Shown: piece by piece, positions 41,646 through 56,027 of the stretch
Layout: each line of letters starts with the position of its first letter
How positions within the stretch are numbered: position 1 is the stretch's first letter
Origin: Chrysomallon squamiferum
Lineage: Eukaryota > Animalia > Mollusca
DNA length: 64,000 nucleotides
Direction: 5' to 3'
Assembly (NCBI GenBank): GCA_012295275.1
Contig: CM022673.1
Span: 25,606,001 to 25,670,000 of the forward strand
Notes under the pieces: model-generated
Seen by the model: the letters and a program-made list of their open reading frames with translations, nothing else
Database searches by the model: none
What the model was told of the DNA's origin: nothing
Program-made: the position numbers and the translations under genes

Positions 41646-41931
41646 TATAAAAGAAATGTTTTATTTATTTATTATTGTTGTTGTTGTTGTTGTTGTTGTT
41701 GATATGTTTCTTATGTTGTTCGTTGTGTGACTAAAAATAAACATTTAAGTTTTTAAGTATTTTACCGAAATAAATAACTTTTCAAATCACAGTGTGAAGA
41801 AAATCTCTGTATTTAAAGACTTTACTTCATCCTAACATGTTACGGAAGCTTTTGTCTATTTTAAGCGACTTACGTGCTATATTAATAACAAGGAGTAGTG
41901 TCAGTTTAACGAAAAACATTACAGAAACCAT
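32703..41931 (-). CDS. Type I membrane protein, Ig-V + TSP1-like + Ig + TM, FAM187A-like (~593 aa)
   Basis: Exons 41931-41874, 41531-41436, 40697-40611, 40224-40101, 39687-39521, 39195-39064, 38634-38602, 37755-37705, 37479-37393, 37079-36894, 36458-36390, 36193-36133, 35265-35075, 33142-32703 (1782 nt, in frame). Signal peptide, RRIRR, Ig motif EDAGTYFC, WGQWSPCSTCGEIGTRKRLGTC, GVPCRS, second Ig (KMKCPG...W...DAKMYTC), hydrophobic TM, Ser-rich tail. The family call is from recalled domain architecture. A micro-exon near 34657-34640 is possible. Confidence 0.82.
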
Positions 41932-41958
41932 TTTGAAGCTTCGTCGCCAGCTGAGCGT

Positions 41959-42000
41959 ATTTCCATGGCAACTACAACTGACGTTTTTGAACTGACGTCA
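41959..42000. promoter_or_regulatory. RFX X-box and palindromic CRE just upstream of the FAM187A-like ATG
   Basis: ATTTCCATGGCAAC at 41959-72 (13/14 match to GTTNCCATGGNAAC), TGACGTCA at 41993-42000, half-CRE TGACG at 41979. Confidence 0.6.
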
Positions 42001-42747
42001 CTCAATAACAATTAATAATTTTTGAACGTACTCGGAGCACTTCGTACGTGTTCGTAAAAATAATACATCATAGTTTGTAAGTAGGATGCACTTCACACAT
42101 AAAATGTTTTTGTATGTGCGTAAGACTATAATGATTAATCGAATTTGAAGTAAATACATCATAGAAGCATTTTTTTTTAATTATTATTTTTTACTTTTTT
42201 ATTATTATTATTATTTTTTTTTTTTTATTTGTTGTCCATTATAGATCAAATCAGAGGCATATACTTCCCTGTCTTTATAAAAGCGTAGAATAGTTTTTTC
42301 ACAATCATTAATAAAACTGCTTCTGGTTTCTTTTGTCGGGTATCATCAGTATTGAAAACCCCACGCAGAACGCGTGACAACTTTGTCTGAATCAAGTATA
42401 GTGACGATACTTTCAAATCGATATCATGAATATACATGCACATTCGGTATTTAGATTTAAACAATTTATTTATTTATTCTTCATCTTTTTTTCCCCCTCC
42501 CCCCCATCTAACGTATTTTCAGCGGTTACTAATCTTTTCAAGAATGCATTTTAATGTTCTGTTATTTGTCATGGGATTATTTAATCGGCTCTTTTTCAGT
42601 TGTTATCGAGAATTTATAAAGCGGATTAAACCAAAAATAAAATAAATAAATAAAAAATAAATTTCTATCGTATTATTATTTATGGTTGAAATAAATGTTT
42701 TTCAGTTTTCCTGGCAGTATATTTGAACAGAAACAAATAACAAATAA

Positions 42748-42779
<32 letters not shown>

Positions 42780-45700
42780 AAAAAAGAGAGAGAGAAGAAA
42801 AGAAGATTTGTTCTAAATCTGCACAATCCATCGGAGTTCGTAATTTAATTCTGACATCGAATGATTAACTTGTTTTCATTCATGTATGAATATAAATCTG
42901 ACCAAAGTGATTCGGGTAAAATAAAATGATTTTTATTTTATTTTTAAATAACGAATTTTAGTTATAATCTGTATAAAACTGTAGTAATAAATTTATAACT
43001 ATCTTAGCAGGGTTATTAAAATGTATGGCTAAACTAATTTATTATTATTATTATTTTATTTTTTTTATTTTATTTTTTTTTTTTTAAATTAAAATGACTG
43101 ACAAATGTTACACGACCTCAGCAAACTATACATTGTTATTCCAGAACAACTAACAAAAAGACACATTTTCATTTAGTATCGTGGAATTAAAATGGATGAT
43201 TCATGCAGTACACAAGCTAAGTACTGTCAGGATTTAACTGATAACAATTTAAATGTTTGCAATATCTGATCGTTTGGGGTTTTATCGGGTGTTTTTGATA
43301 CTTCGTGGCTTTTTAATTCTAAGTCTTCTGTTATTTAAAAAATTGATGCAAAATTTCACAAATATAAATAAACATAAAAATAAAGTAGACAAAGTTTAAT
43401 TTTTTTTTGACTATTCTCTGATGTGTATGCTATTTTCAGTATTTTGTAAATAACCAATAAATAATGTTGTTATGCCAACTATTGATTTGCCTCGATTCTT
43501 GTCAAGCTATCACAATAGTGTATCATATATTATGCAAGTCTTGTTACTCACCAATAACATCTGATCATATATTACAGACATACACTATGGTCTGTAGAAT
43601 TTGGCATTTCTTATTATTTATCACTTTAAATGACCGAAGCACTTTTAGGTGTGGTGTGTGTACGTGTGTGTGTACGCGCATGCACACACTGGATGATTAA
43701 GTTAGCAACATTAAAACAAATTAAAGTTTTGATAACTGTATCCTAAACGTGCCATAAATTCTTAAATTTGTATTTAAAATCAATATCAAGTTAATCAAAC
43801 CAAAAGTACAGGTTCTATCAATTTGTCTCAAAATTTGTAATCAGAATTAGGTCAATCATACAAATATGGAAAATTGTGTTTAAAATAATTGATGTTAAAT
43901 CTATTGTTATTGGTTTATAGAACAAAGAATGAACAATAAACCTGTGTTTTGTTATTCTTTTCTTCCATGTTCTGTGCATTATCATCATCATCATCATCAT
44001 CATCATCATTTGTTTACCTTAATTTGCAGTAAAAACGAATCTAAATCACTTGGATACTTTTAATAACATCAATAAGGAACAATTCACAATCAAAATTGAA
44101 ATATATTGTTAACACACATTACAATGTTTACATAATTTTGTGGGATATACATCCATAAAATACTCAATAGCTAGATGCAACAAAAAACAGTATATTAATA
44201 AATCAACAGATTCATTTGGATTTTTAAACTACGTTTCCAAATACCAGCTTTTTAATGGTGAAATCACCTTTTCAAAAGCATGTCTGATACTCTACTATTA
44301 AAATAATACAAATAATAATAAACGCAAAAAAATAATAATAATAATATTTAAAAAAGAAAATAACGATTATTTATAAAAAACAAAACAAAAAAAATAGTGG
44401 GAAGATAAATATATAAAATAATGACTTTAAAAGTTACTGCATGTGCTCTAAAAACATGCTTGATTACTGTGAGTTATCAACAATTTGCATCTTCATTTAC
44501 ATAGATGCACTCGAACAAGGAGACGAACATTTAAATCACTTAACATAAATAAAATAATAATTTCCCAAAGTTCTTTCACCATCAGAATTAAATTAGTATA
44601 TCCAGTTTTTTATGTACTCTGCAAATGTGACTTTTTCTTTACCTTAAATAAGTTATGAAATATAGTTTAACAAAATTTCTATTTTCAGAAAGAGAATGCA
44701 TCATGTATGAACTGTATTTTGTTTTGCGGTATTAAGCTTACAAAGATAAAATAATTTTTTTGTGACTGATCAATAACTGATTGTCTGTACTGTAAGATTC
44801 AAAGAAGTAATTCAAATCAATATAGCATAACTGTCATCCTTCAACTATCCCAAACTCCTCTTAGAACTTCATATTTATCATGTGCAACAAAAGATTATAT
44901 TAAAATTTTATCTTTAATGTGGTTTCCTTCTATAAAACTCAAAACAAATGGATATAATATAGACAACATATTGTTTAGCAAACTACAAATATTCTTCATA
45001 TTATTATTATTATTATTATTGATCAAAACAAACTCTTGGTATTTTTACTTTGCTTTCTTTACGACGCTGTGTGAATTTAAAAACCATTAAACTTTCCTTT
45101 ATTTTAAAACTGAATTTGAATTTAATACGTACAAGTAATTTAAATAATAATAACTATTAACCTTGTAATAAGCCAAATTACTGTAACTACAATGTTATGA
45201 AAAGAATTATTCCTATCTTTAAATTTAAAGTATATAGCAATAAACATATCCCCATTGTGAACATTTTAACATATATATATATATATAGCAATACATTTTG
45301 GACAGCAGCCAACAGACAACAATGTTAGGAAAACAATTCATTCCAGTTTATAGATTTATAAAAAGCTATAGTTAGTAACATCAATGAACTAAACTGTTTT
45401 AAGAAAAATAAATCAATATAGCAAATATGAAATCACATTTCATGAGCTGGTAAAAGTGCAGCTGAAAAGTTATTATTTCATGACCATTCACACTTAAAAA
45501 AAAAGTAGAAAAAAAAAAGAAAAAGAAAATAATAATAATAATAATAATTTAAAAGCACTTAGGCCAATACCAAAGAAATTTCTTAGGATTTTTAACAATC
45601 TGCACAACTCTTAACAGAAAAAGTGCAGGTGAAGGAACCAAAAAGAGGTGGTTTTTTTTCTTGTTTTTTTTTTTTTTTTTTTTCTTTTTTACTGATGATT

Positions 45701-47849
45701 CAAGAGAATATAAATAAAAATTGACACTTCAAAAATTCAAAGCATGGCAAACATGGATTGTGAAATGTTTAAAATGTGAATACTGAAGTGGCACGGTTTG
45801 CTCAACTTCTGAAGAAAAAGATTATGACATGAATGGTCAGGATTTGCACTAAATGAATTCAATGGAAATGGGGGAAAAAAATGATTGTTAATAAAGTATA
45901 AACTACCTAACAAAGTGTGCTGGATGTCTGACTGTACATTGACTTTAAAAAAGAAAAACAGAAGATCTCTTTTGAAGGCTCACACTGTTGATATAGGTTA
46001 AGTTAAAATTGTAATAGGCACACAATTTTTAAATTTTATGGAGAAAGATTTTCTCAGGCAACATACATGTGTTTTCTGAACAAGTTCTCTTTCAAAAGAT
46101 ACCTTTGATATATTCATTGTAACTGAGGTTCTATTATTTTATTTATTTTAAATATCTACTCTAAACTATTTTCTTCACTCGTCTTACATTATTTTTAAAA
46201 CATTTTATATTTTTATTATTTTTTTAAACCAATAAATAATAACTTACTAACTTAAACCTGTCTGAATACATAATTTTATCACTAAAAATATGGAGAACTG
46301 TTTAAAATAATACATGAAAAAAACGAACTAAAATTAAAATTCGAAGAAGAAAAACACTCACTGAAGATTATATTGATTTACAGTTAAAAACAATAATTGT
46401 TTATAAGACTGAAACTAGTTTTATTATTCAATCATAAAATTAAAAACACACTCTAATCTCATTTTTTCTCTCTCTCAAAAAGTCAAGTTCAGCGTTGATG
46501 AAGAATTTTGAAGAAACTACTTAGTAACAGTTAATAAATTGTAAACATTACACACTATACAAATCAGTGACAAACATTTTAATGTACTATGCATATATCT
46601 GAGATAGGGAATTAGATAAGAAATGTAAATGAACAGTGGATTTATATAAAATAACGAAATATAGATACAAGAAACATGAGACATACACAATACAGTTATA
46701 AATACACATTTTGCCAAAAAAATTAAAATAAATAAATAAATAAAAAGAAAAAAATGTGAACAGTGTTTTTTAGTCAATATTAAACCCTAAATTATCACTG
46801 TTGCTATTGTTTTGTTATTTCAGTATTCAACATATTTGATTTATTAATCTTGGATACATATATATATAATTATAATTTTATATTCATTAGAAAACAACTT
46901 AATACATTTAAGTGAATTAAAGTTTTTAGGTTCAAATTTGAATCAACCGGATTACAGTACATTTGCACATACCATTTTTAATATCAGTAAACATACATTT
47001 AAAATAGAATTATGAGAAAACAAGGAGATATATTATTTGAGTCTTTTCTGAGCTTAGCAAAGTGTGTAATCTATAATTTTATATTGTTTTTAAATAATTT
47101 ATTGCCCAATGATTTATAAATAATACAACGTCGGTACATTTAGAATGAAGTTACAATATCAAATGAGTTCCCAGATACTGGGTAAAAAAAAAAAAAAAAT
47201 TTAAAAATGCAAAATACCAACTTCAGAACATAGCAACGGAATAAAGAACATCCAAGGATCCACTTTACAAACTGTAAACATGGCTTCCTCTTTTGATGTC
47301 GTTGATCATATTATTTAACACTGCAAAAGTACTAATACTTCAAACAACAAAATTTTCTGAAAGAAATTCTAAAGCCACATTTTCATAAAAAGTAACAAAT
47401 TAAATGTATAAAATCTATACTGGGCATTTAGTCAAATAAAAATGGATGCTTCTTGTACTTCAGTGATAAAATTATTAACTACTACTCATTTTTTTTTTAA
47501 TTGTATTATCAACACAGGAGGACAGATATTTAGAATGGTCTGATAGTGTGCACATTTGTTCAAGTCTTGGCTAGGTTCAAACAAATACACAACACAATTT
47601 ATCAGGCCACCTGCAAGAGAAGGATGAACAATCTGGAAAAAACATTAAATATGAATAAGGAAAGAATATTCTGAAAGTTTTATTTAAAACATTTTGAATT
47701 AATTCGGATCAAATGAACAAGAAATATATTTACCAACCAAACTTGTTTTTCTATCTTTTGCTTTTGTACATTAAGTAAAATTAATTAAATTACTTCCTAA
47801 TACACAACCTGTTTTAATAATCAGTTTGCAAAATTTGATGTCTGAAAGT

Positions 47850-47892
<43 letters not shown>

Positions 47893-48753
47893 TTATAGGA
47901 CAAACATTACTTCATACAATATAGATTAACATTTAAATATACCCCTCCCACCTGTTTAAGCATACTAATGCCAATTTGGTAAACCTGAGAACCACTCAAA
48001 ATGTTCTGAAATTACAAATGTCAAATAAAATAGATGTTTTGTCATTCAGTCACAAGGAAACACTTTCATGCATACGCACATACACACACACACACACACA
48101 AATTCGATCAATTCACTTGAAAACTAAAGTTAAAAAAGACTGACTAAAATTAAATTAGGTGATGATGGAGTAATAAAACAACTGAAGTACCTTTCTAGGG
48201 TACAAATTAACAATAAATGAGTTATTTTTGTTAAAAAAGAAAAAGGAAAAAAAAATATATATATATACTTTTTTTTTTTTTTTTTTACACCACACATACC
48301 ATGACCTGATGTTCTGTCATCATTTAAGACAAAATATATACACTAATAAAGTGAAACTCATTGATGCTCTGTGCGAACATTTTGATCACTGACTAGTTCT
48401 AATCTCTCAAAAAAAAAAAACAAAAAAAAAATCACACAATATGAATGAGAAAGTTATCTTCCTCCAAAGCTTGACAACAGCAATGACAATCAGTCACATA
48501 CTTCTTAAAAAGACTATAAATATTTTCTGGTCAGCATAAAAATCAGTGCTTCATTAACAACTGGCAGAGAATTCTAAAGCATGATTCATTTCAAAATTAC
48601 AATAGATGTGTGTTTTCGACCTTGTTTTTCACTTGAGCTGTATGTACAGTCAAATTGTTATGAAGAACCATGCAAACAAAGAGACTTTTGTTTTCCCCAT
48701 GCACTGCACATGACAGCGAAGTCACTTGCAGTCAGTGTTTTGCTTTGTTATTT

Positions 48754-49809
48754 TCAGAAATCAGCAAACTCTTTTGCACATTTTTCTGTGGATGATATAC
48801 GCAATGGTTCCTCTTCATAGTCATCAAAGTTGCTTGTATCACCTGGCCCTTTAGATTTTGGCACAAACGGTGCTTCAACCTTTTTCTGGTAGATGGCAAT
48901 CCAATCAGTGGTAGAAAACCATTTGTGGTTCTTTATGTCGCTCACACCATTTTTCAAGTTGCCAAATCGCTTGGTGAGATCCACTTGCAGCAGGTTGCGA
49001 AGCAGGTCTTTAAGATCTGAGCTGAAGTGAGACGGGAAGCGGACCTTGCCAGAGACGATCTTCTCGTAGATTTGAATCGGTTGGTCTGCAAAGAATGGTG
49101 GGTAACCAGCAGCCATTTCATATATGAGAACCCCAAGAGCCCACCAATCAACAGCCTTGTTGTATCCTTTGCTGAGAATGATCTCAGGAGCGAGGTATTC
49201 AGGTGTTCCACAAAGAGTCCATGTTCGACCTTTGACTCTCTTGGCGAAACCAAAATCAGTCACTTTGATATAACCCATGGTATCAATCAGCATATTCTCT
49301 GGCTTCAAGTCTCTATAAACAAGATCCAAGTAGTGAAGATATTCAAATCCAAGAACTATCTGAGCTGCATAGAACCGTGAATGGGGTTCACTGAAGCGGC
49401 CTATCCTTCGTAGATGCGAAAACATTTCTCCACCAGTGACAAACTCAAGAATCATGTACAAGTTGGAATTATCCTTAAAAGAATAATCCAAGCTAACAAA
49501 AAAGGGAAAGTCTATAGCTTGCAAAATCTTTTTCTCACTCAACGTGTGCTCGACCTGCTTCAATTTCACCACCTTCTGTTTGTCGAGAATTTTCATTGCA
49601 TGGTACTGTTTATTACCCTTGTGTTGCACTAGCATGACCCTGCCAAAAGAGCCAGTCCCCAACGTCTTAATCCGGTCAAAGTCATCCAGGCAGGCTGTGT
49701 TCTGAGATGGTTTTTCCCACTTCTGTTGAAATTCCTCTTTAGCTTTCGCAAGGAACTCCTTCACACTCTCAGCTGGGTCGCCCTTCTTCGCTGTCGCAGC
49801 ATTCCCCAT
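48754..49809 (-). CDS. PRKACA: cAMP-dependent protein kinase catalytic subunit (PKA-C1 type), 351 aa, intronless CDS
   Basis: Complete ORF: [10 protein letters not shown] myristoylation start, [44 protein letters not shown]-terminal FADF. Acceptor gttttcag| at 49828, 19 nt before the ATG. Confidence 0.98.
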   Translation of the reverse strand: MGNAATAKKGDPAESVKEFLAKAKEEFQQKWEKPSQNTACLDDFDRIKTLGTGSFGRVMLVQHKGNKQYHAMKILDKQKVVKLKQVEHTLSEKKILQAIDFPFFVSLDYSFKDNSNLYMILEFVTGGEMFSHLRRIGRFSEPHSRFYAAQIVLGFEYLHYLDLVYRDLKPENMLIDTMGYIKVTDFGFAKRVKGRTWTLCGTPEYLAPEIILSKGYNKAVDWWALGVLIYEMAAGYPPFFADQPIQIYEKIVSGKVRFPSHFSSDLKDLLRNLLQVDLTKRFGNLKNGVSDIKNHKWFSTTDWIAIYQKKVEAPFVPKSKGPGDTSNFDDYEEEPLRISSTEKCAKEFADF

Positions 49810-51061
49810 GTCCGTAGAGGAGTCTGTTCTGAAAACATCAATCAGGTAAAGGAGTCAAAATTTACATAAAATCTGTATCATTATTATTATTTCTATAGTT
49901 TGCAATACTTAGTCTCGTTTAATAAGAACATTATGAAATTAAATGATAAACTGTTATTCTTCAAATTCCCATGTATCAGTATGAATAATTTTTGATGAGA
50001 AGCGTGTGAAACTGAACTAGAATTATAAACTGTCTGAAACTGGAAAGTATTTTCACACAAAGTATAAATAAATACAAATATCTGAGAAATAGATTAAATT
50101 GTAAAAAAAATCAATATAAAAATGATAAGAAATAATAATTATATTATATACTATTTTCCCATATATGTAAACTGAATAATTACACAACACTCACAATTAA
50201 TAAATTAATTTTGTCAAACACAATTAAATCTTTTGTCTTTTTATACTAATGAAGTCAACTGCCATCTACCTGCAAACACATTTTAAAGCTAAATACTGAA
50301 AAGTGGTTCAAGGGTATGAGGAGTTTTAGTGCACTCATATATTTGTTTATTAAATAATCTGCACAAGTTGTAAAAAAATCTTTACATAAAAAAAAAAAAC
50401 AAAAAAAAACTTTGTTATGTATTTCCATTGTATAATTAATAATACATTAAAAATAATAAATAAATAAATAAATAAAATAAGAACAAATAATTTTTAAAAA
50501 CATAACTTCACTGTCATTATTATTAATTTTTTACAAATTATCCTGTTAAACCAATATTAACACTGTGATCAAGTGCAATATATTTGCAAGTGTGCTGATT
50601 ATAAGACTGAAAACTGGTAAAAGCAAGGTTTCCAAACAGTGCAAGTCTTTAAACACTGCTTGCCTTGAATGAGAAAATGCAGGTAGCATTTTGGAAATCT
50701 TATCCAAATGCAAAATGCTGAAAAACAAATGACTGCAGTAAAACATTTATGAATAGATAGTTGAACACATTTCATTTGATAAAAGTTTGAAAATAAAAGG
50801 CTTTTTTTTTTTTTTTTCACAATTTCTGAAATAAACTGTATGTCATAGATGGTAAGATTTCTTTTTGGGAACCTTTTGTTTTTCTTCCATGAAAAAAAAT
50901 ATTTTGGATCATTTTTTTTTTTTTTCTAAGAAAATTATGCTATGCCATGCTATGTTTTCTTAAATTTTGAAAGCCTGATATTAATCTAAAGAATTGATAA
51001 GCAACTATAAAACTGATCATTGTTATATGGTTACTGAAATCTACAAATCTGCCACACTATC

Positions 51062-51102
<41 letters not shown>

Positions 51103-52310
51103 AAGAGAGAAAAGACATGTTTGCAGAAGTATTGCACACATATTTTAGAAAGAATGAAAATTTAGATGCCCCAATAATACATAGGCTGTACTATTTTAGA
51201 AGTTCATTTATTTGTGAAAAAAAAAAAAAAAAAAAATGAAATAAATAAAAAATAAATAAATAAAACTAGAATGAAAACATATGATGTAAAGACAAATGGC
51301 AGAATCAATGTACCATATACTGTTGTAGTAGGAAATTGACAAGTAAGCATTTATCCAACTTTAAAGAAATATATTTTTGGTGTACCTGCTGTACTTGTTG
51401 CATTCAAAATTAAAATTCAACAATATATGGCACTTGTTAAATAAGTGATAGAAATAAGAAACGAACATATATAAAAACAAATTAAAACAGGTGCTACTAG
51501 TTTTAATTTGCTTAATTTATCTAAAAAAATAAACGAGAAAACAAAAAATAAATAAATGTTCAGTGTTAAAACTTAAACAAAACTGTAAACAATGGTTAGT
51601 CTGAAAAGCCCATCCCAAATAAAAACCACGAACTACATTTGCAAATAATAAGTTAGAAATTAAAAATATTTGGCTCTCCATTAAAGACTAAACAAAGATT
51701 CACATATTTTTCATAATTTAAAAAAATTATCATTGTATGTATTATACAACTTTATATTAACGTGAAAATATTTTATTATACACATTACAATTATTTTTTG
51801 AAAGTCTTGTTTTGAAACAAAAATAAATTACAAACTGGCTTTTAATAAACATTTAAAGCAATGAACAATTACTGCACAATATCTGATAAAAATGCAGATA
51901 AATGAAATTATTTTCAAATTAATAATAATGAAATCACTGATATCTGTGTTGGTTCAAATACAATCAACAACAGTGAAGAAATGAGCGCTTAAACTCATAG
52001 AGATAAAAATCCAAACCAACATTTATAACATTTTATGCTTTTTAACAATCTAACTTTAACACATTTCATTTTTTTAAACGTTTATATCAGATAAAGGCAA
52101 TGAAAAATTCAAATAACTAATACATTTTTCAGTTTTTTTTTTTGTTTTTTAAAAAACAATATTAGCTCTGCTTTCTAAAAATGGTTAGTAAATCAACACT
52201 TTTTAGAACATGCATGAATGCATTTCTGTTACCTTGTGCTAGGCATCTTTCTTTTTTTTATATACCTGAAATACACATGGAAACATTTTTGTATGGCTTA
52301 AAGCAGCTTA

Positions 52311-52631
52311 AGGGCCATCCATAAAATATATATGCCCAGTGGGGACAGGATTTGGGGAAATATGCATTAATGTGAAAAAGGGGAGGAAGAGCTGATGTAC
52401 AAATATCAATATGTGTGCGGTTAAAATAAGCAGCAGTGCTGAAATTTTAAAGAACAATGAAATTGCGTTTCTTTGTAACATTCTAATAATGTTGTAGTAT
52501 TGTTAATAATTGTAAATCTGGTGTTCTTTCTGTAAAATGAAGGTTCAGAGAAGGGTGTGGGTTTAAGCTCAACAATGCAAAAAAAAAAAATTAAGATGTG
52601 TTTTGTGCATACATATTTTATGGATGTCCCC
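52311..52631. mobile_element. ~320-bp MITE, PIF/Harbinger (Tourist)-like, in the PKA 5' intron
   Basis: TIRs AGGGCCATCCATAAAATAT (52311-29) and ATATTTTATGGATGTCCCC (52613-31), 2 mismatches. Flanked by TTA and TCA (TWA-type TSD with one change). No ORF. Confidence 0.7.
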
Positions 52632-55600
52632 TCAGCAGCAAATCTGAAGAGTTATCTATTTCATGTAATTGTATTACCTAGCAAGTGTTGAACCGAACCA
52701 CCTACTAATTAATTGTGATTGTTCAAAGTACACATATATACAATTCTTTTTTTTCCTTTTTTTTTTTTTAATTATGTCAACTGCAGTTTTTTTTGACATG
52801 ACACCCTCCATCTGTGACAATTTTTCATGGAGTAAACAAAAACATTTTTTTTAATATAATTTTTGCTGATTTTTTTTTTTTTAGGTAACTTAATATTAAG
52901 TGTTTAGTTCATTTTGGTACTTGACTCAGTATTATATAATAGTGGTAAATTTATTTTTTTAAACTGTTCAATGATACCTTTTCTTTCTGGAATTTCGATG
53001 CATATTTGTAAATATTCCCTGTAACTCTGCAATTAAACCCAAATTTAATGTCTCACTGACATCAAAATTATTAAATTAATTTAAATCCAAACAATTTAAA
53101 ACCATATAAACAAACCTGACATTATTTATTCTACCATGACTGGGCAACACTCATTTCTGATTGGCTGATTGGCTACCTACCTTAAATTAGAGGCAATTCA
53201 ATTAAGCTAATTTATTGGAACAGAAATTTGAACTATTTCAGAAGATGAGCAGGTATGTCATTATGTTTAGATACTAATGAATTCAATTTTCATTAATATG
53301 TCTAGTCATTTGTTCCTAGCATTTTAATTTTTAATATTTCATTAACAATTCTCAATACATACCACCCCAAATATGTCTTGAAGTCACTGATCACAATTGT
53401 CACATAAATCCAATTGAATTCCTCCAGACAATTCAATAAAAGGTTGCTAATCAGCTATATCATATAAACAAAAATCAAAAATAATTAATATTTTTACAAC
53501 AAGGAGAAAAAAAAAAAAAGGAAGAAAAAAAATCCAATCTTTGTTTTTCTGGACTACTCTTCTGTCTGTTCACTATTTGCTGAGTTTATAGGAAATAGTT
53601 CTAATACTAAACAGGTTTTAGTCATGGCAGAATGGAAATAAACACACTCCAATTTCATTTCTGAGGTAGGTTCTCTATATTCAATACTGTTACATATTAA
53701 CAACAAAATTTTCACAGGCTTAAATGGCCATTATATTATGTTAAATGTTTCTAAACTGAACCCAAAAATGAAATCAGATTACACTTATCTCCGAAATGTC
53801 TATTAATATGTATAGACATATACAAAAGGCTTTAATTTTTTTTTAGCAGAAATACAAACTAAATACTGCAGATAATTAATTATTCTAAAAAGAAAACACT
53901 GTTGCTTGTTATAGGTTAAAAACATCAGTTTTCCTGATTTAATGAATGATGTTAAGATATTTTTCCATGCAGTTTTCATACACAAAACCAATTAAATGTT
54001 ATTCATCAGCAATATGATGAATGTATTTATATTATTATTTAATTATTATCTTGCATTAATATATGAATGTTTATTTTATTTTCAAACAAAGTGGCTTTTA
54101 ATTAATGGATTGATTTTATCTCCTGCACTGCAAGTAAAGATACAAGTTAAAGAAGTTACTTATGGAATAAATGTAGAACATCTTGATTACTTTATATTCA
54201 TAAAAAAAAAAAGGGACTTGCTGTTAATATTATTTTAATTTATTACATTTTTGATTATTATTCCAATTAATAATTTATCAGTAACTATATTTAGTTATGA
54301 AATGAGAAATATATTTCTTTTTAAATAAAGAGTGCTGTTTCATGGTATATTTCTTCTGAGCCCTATTTTAAACTTCAACTGAAAAAATCAACATTTATCA
54401 TCTTTTAAGTGTAAACAAACTACAACATAAATGTTTCTACAAATTCACCATTATACAAAAAATTACTAATGGAAAGAATTAAAAAATATATAAATAAAAC
54501 ATTAAAAATACAACACAACTCTGAAACAAAAATCAGAATTAATTTACTCCCAAATTAAAAACATAAACTAAAAATTAGTTTATATTTTCAATTACCTAAG
54601 GTGTTCATGTGGTTTTTATAGAAGTAGCCTGAATAAATTTTATATAATTCTAACTTCCAAGTGACTGTTTTGTACTTATTTGTTTGTCATATAAAATTGT
54701 CAAATAAATAAATAAATAATAAACAGTAGGTTTGAAATATATTTCTGACACCAAATATCTCACTATAGTAAACTATAGTAAAAAACTATAGTAAAAAACC
54801 TCATTAAAAAAACCTAATAATAATTAAAAACGCAACAGAACAATAGATATGATTTATACACTAACGAAGAAAAAAACAATCAGAATTTATTATTTGTTTC
54901 CAACAGATTATTTTTTAAATTTAACTTTATGTTTGCATATGTTTTATAAGATGTGACAGCATGCTTATGCATACAACAAAGAATCAGTAGTAACTGCAAG
55001 TTTTTGTTATTCTTTGTTACTAGCAAATAAAAATAATCACTTATTAATATGCAAAATATACTTAGACACTTTGCTTGTTGTATTTTTTATGCACAACATA
55101 AAAAAAGCCATTATGTTTTAGTTTTGTTTTTTAAAGATTCAATACACAAATGAAAAAGTTAACATGCCTAATCCTGTTTAATGCAACCTGTATAAAAGGC
55201 AGTATTTCTCTACCATTCTGAATTCTTTCAAAGTCTCACTACATCCAACTATTTCACCAAACCTTTGAATTCAAATCCTAGTGGTAGACAATGATTCCTT
55301 TACAAGTTAGGAAATTAATGTGCACCTGTAATCTAGGGGCAAATGTATGACAGTGTATTTCATCATCAAACACAAGTAATCCCATAACTAACAGACCCAC
55401 AGAATGAGAAATCTGATTACATTTTTTATACAGAAACCTACAATATGAGTATCATTATTGAATGTTGTTATTTAATAAAACATCTACAATGATAAAGAAT
55501 AAACTTGCGTGTATTAATTCTAGTATTTTATACACTTCTTCTCATCTCTGAACCAATAATGAGATGATTTGTACCACTGAGGTCATATTCATTGAAACAA

Positions 55601-56027
55601 TGACATTAATTTTTATAAATGAGATGGTTTTTTATTTATACAGATTTTTATGAATCAACAGAGGGAATAGAAATAATGTATTAGAAACTTTCAAGTTAAG
55701 GAACTGAACTCAGCAAATACAATTCTTGTTTCTTGTCAAACATCTTAAATAAACATTTGCTTTGATGGTAATAAAGTAATATGTTAAGCTGCTTGACCTT
55801 TTTGTCAAGTAACTTAATTTTAGCGTCAGTGGCTATATTCACGAAGGTAAAACTTCAAGCAAAAGCTATTTTACAATGTCAAAACGATGAACATTATCCT
55901 TATAAATCATATTGAAACGTATTTAAAAGATTTAAATCCAATAAGTAAAGATTCGATCTATTAAAAGCTGCACCATATACTCACAAATAATACAAAATGG
56001 ATGCATCAGAACGATCTGCAGCCTTAC

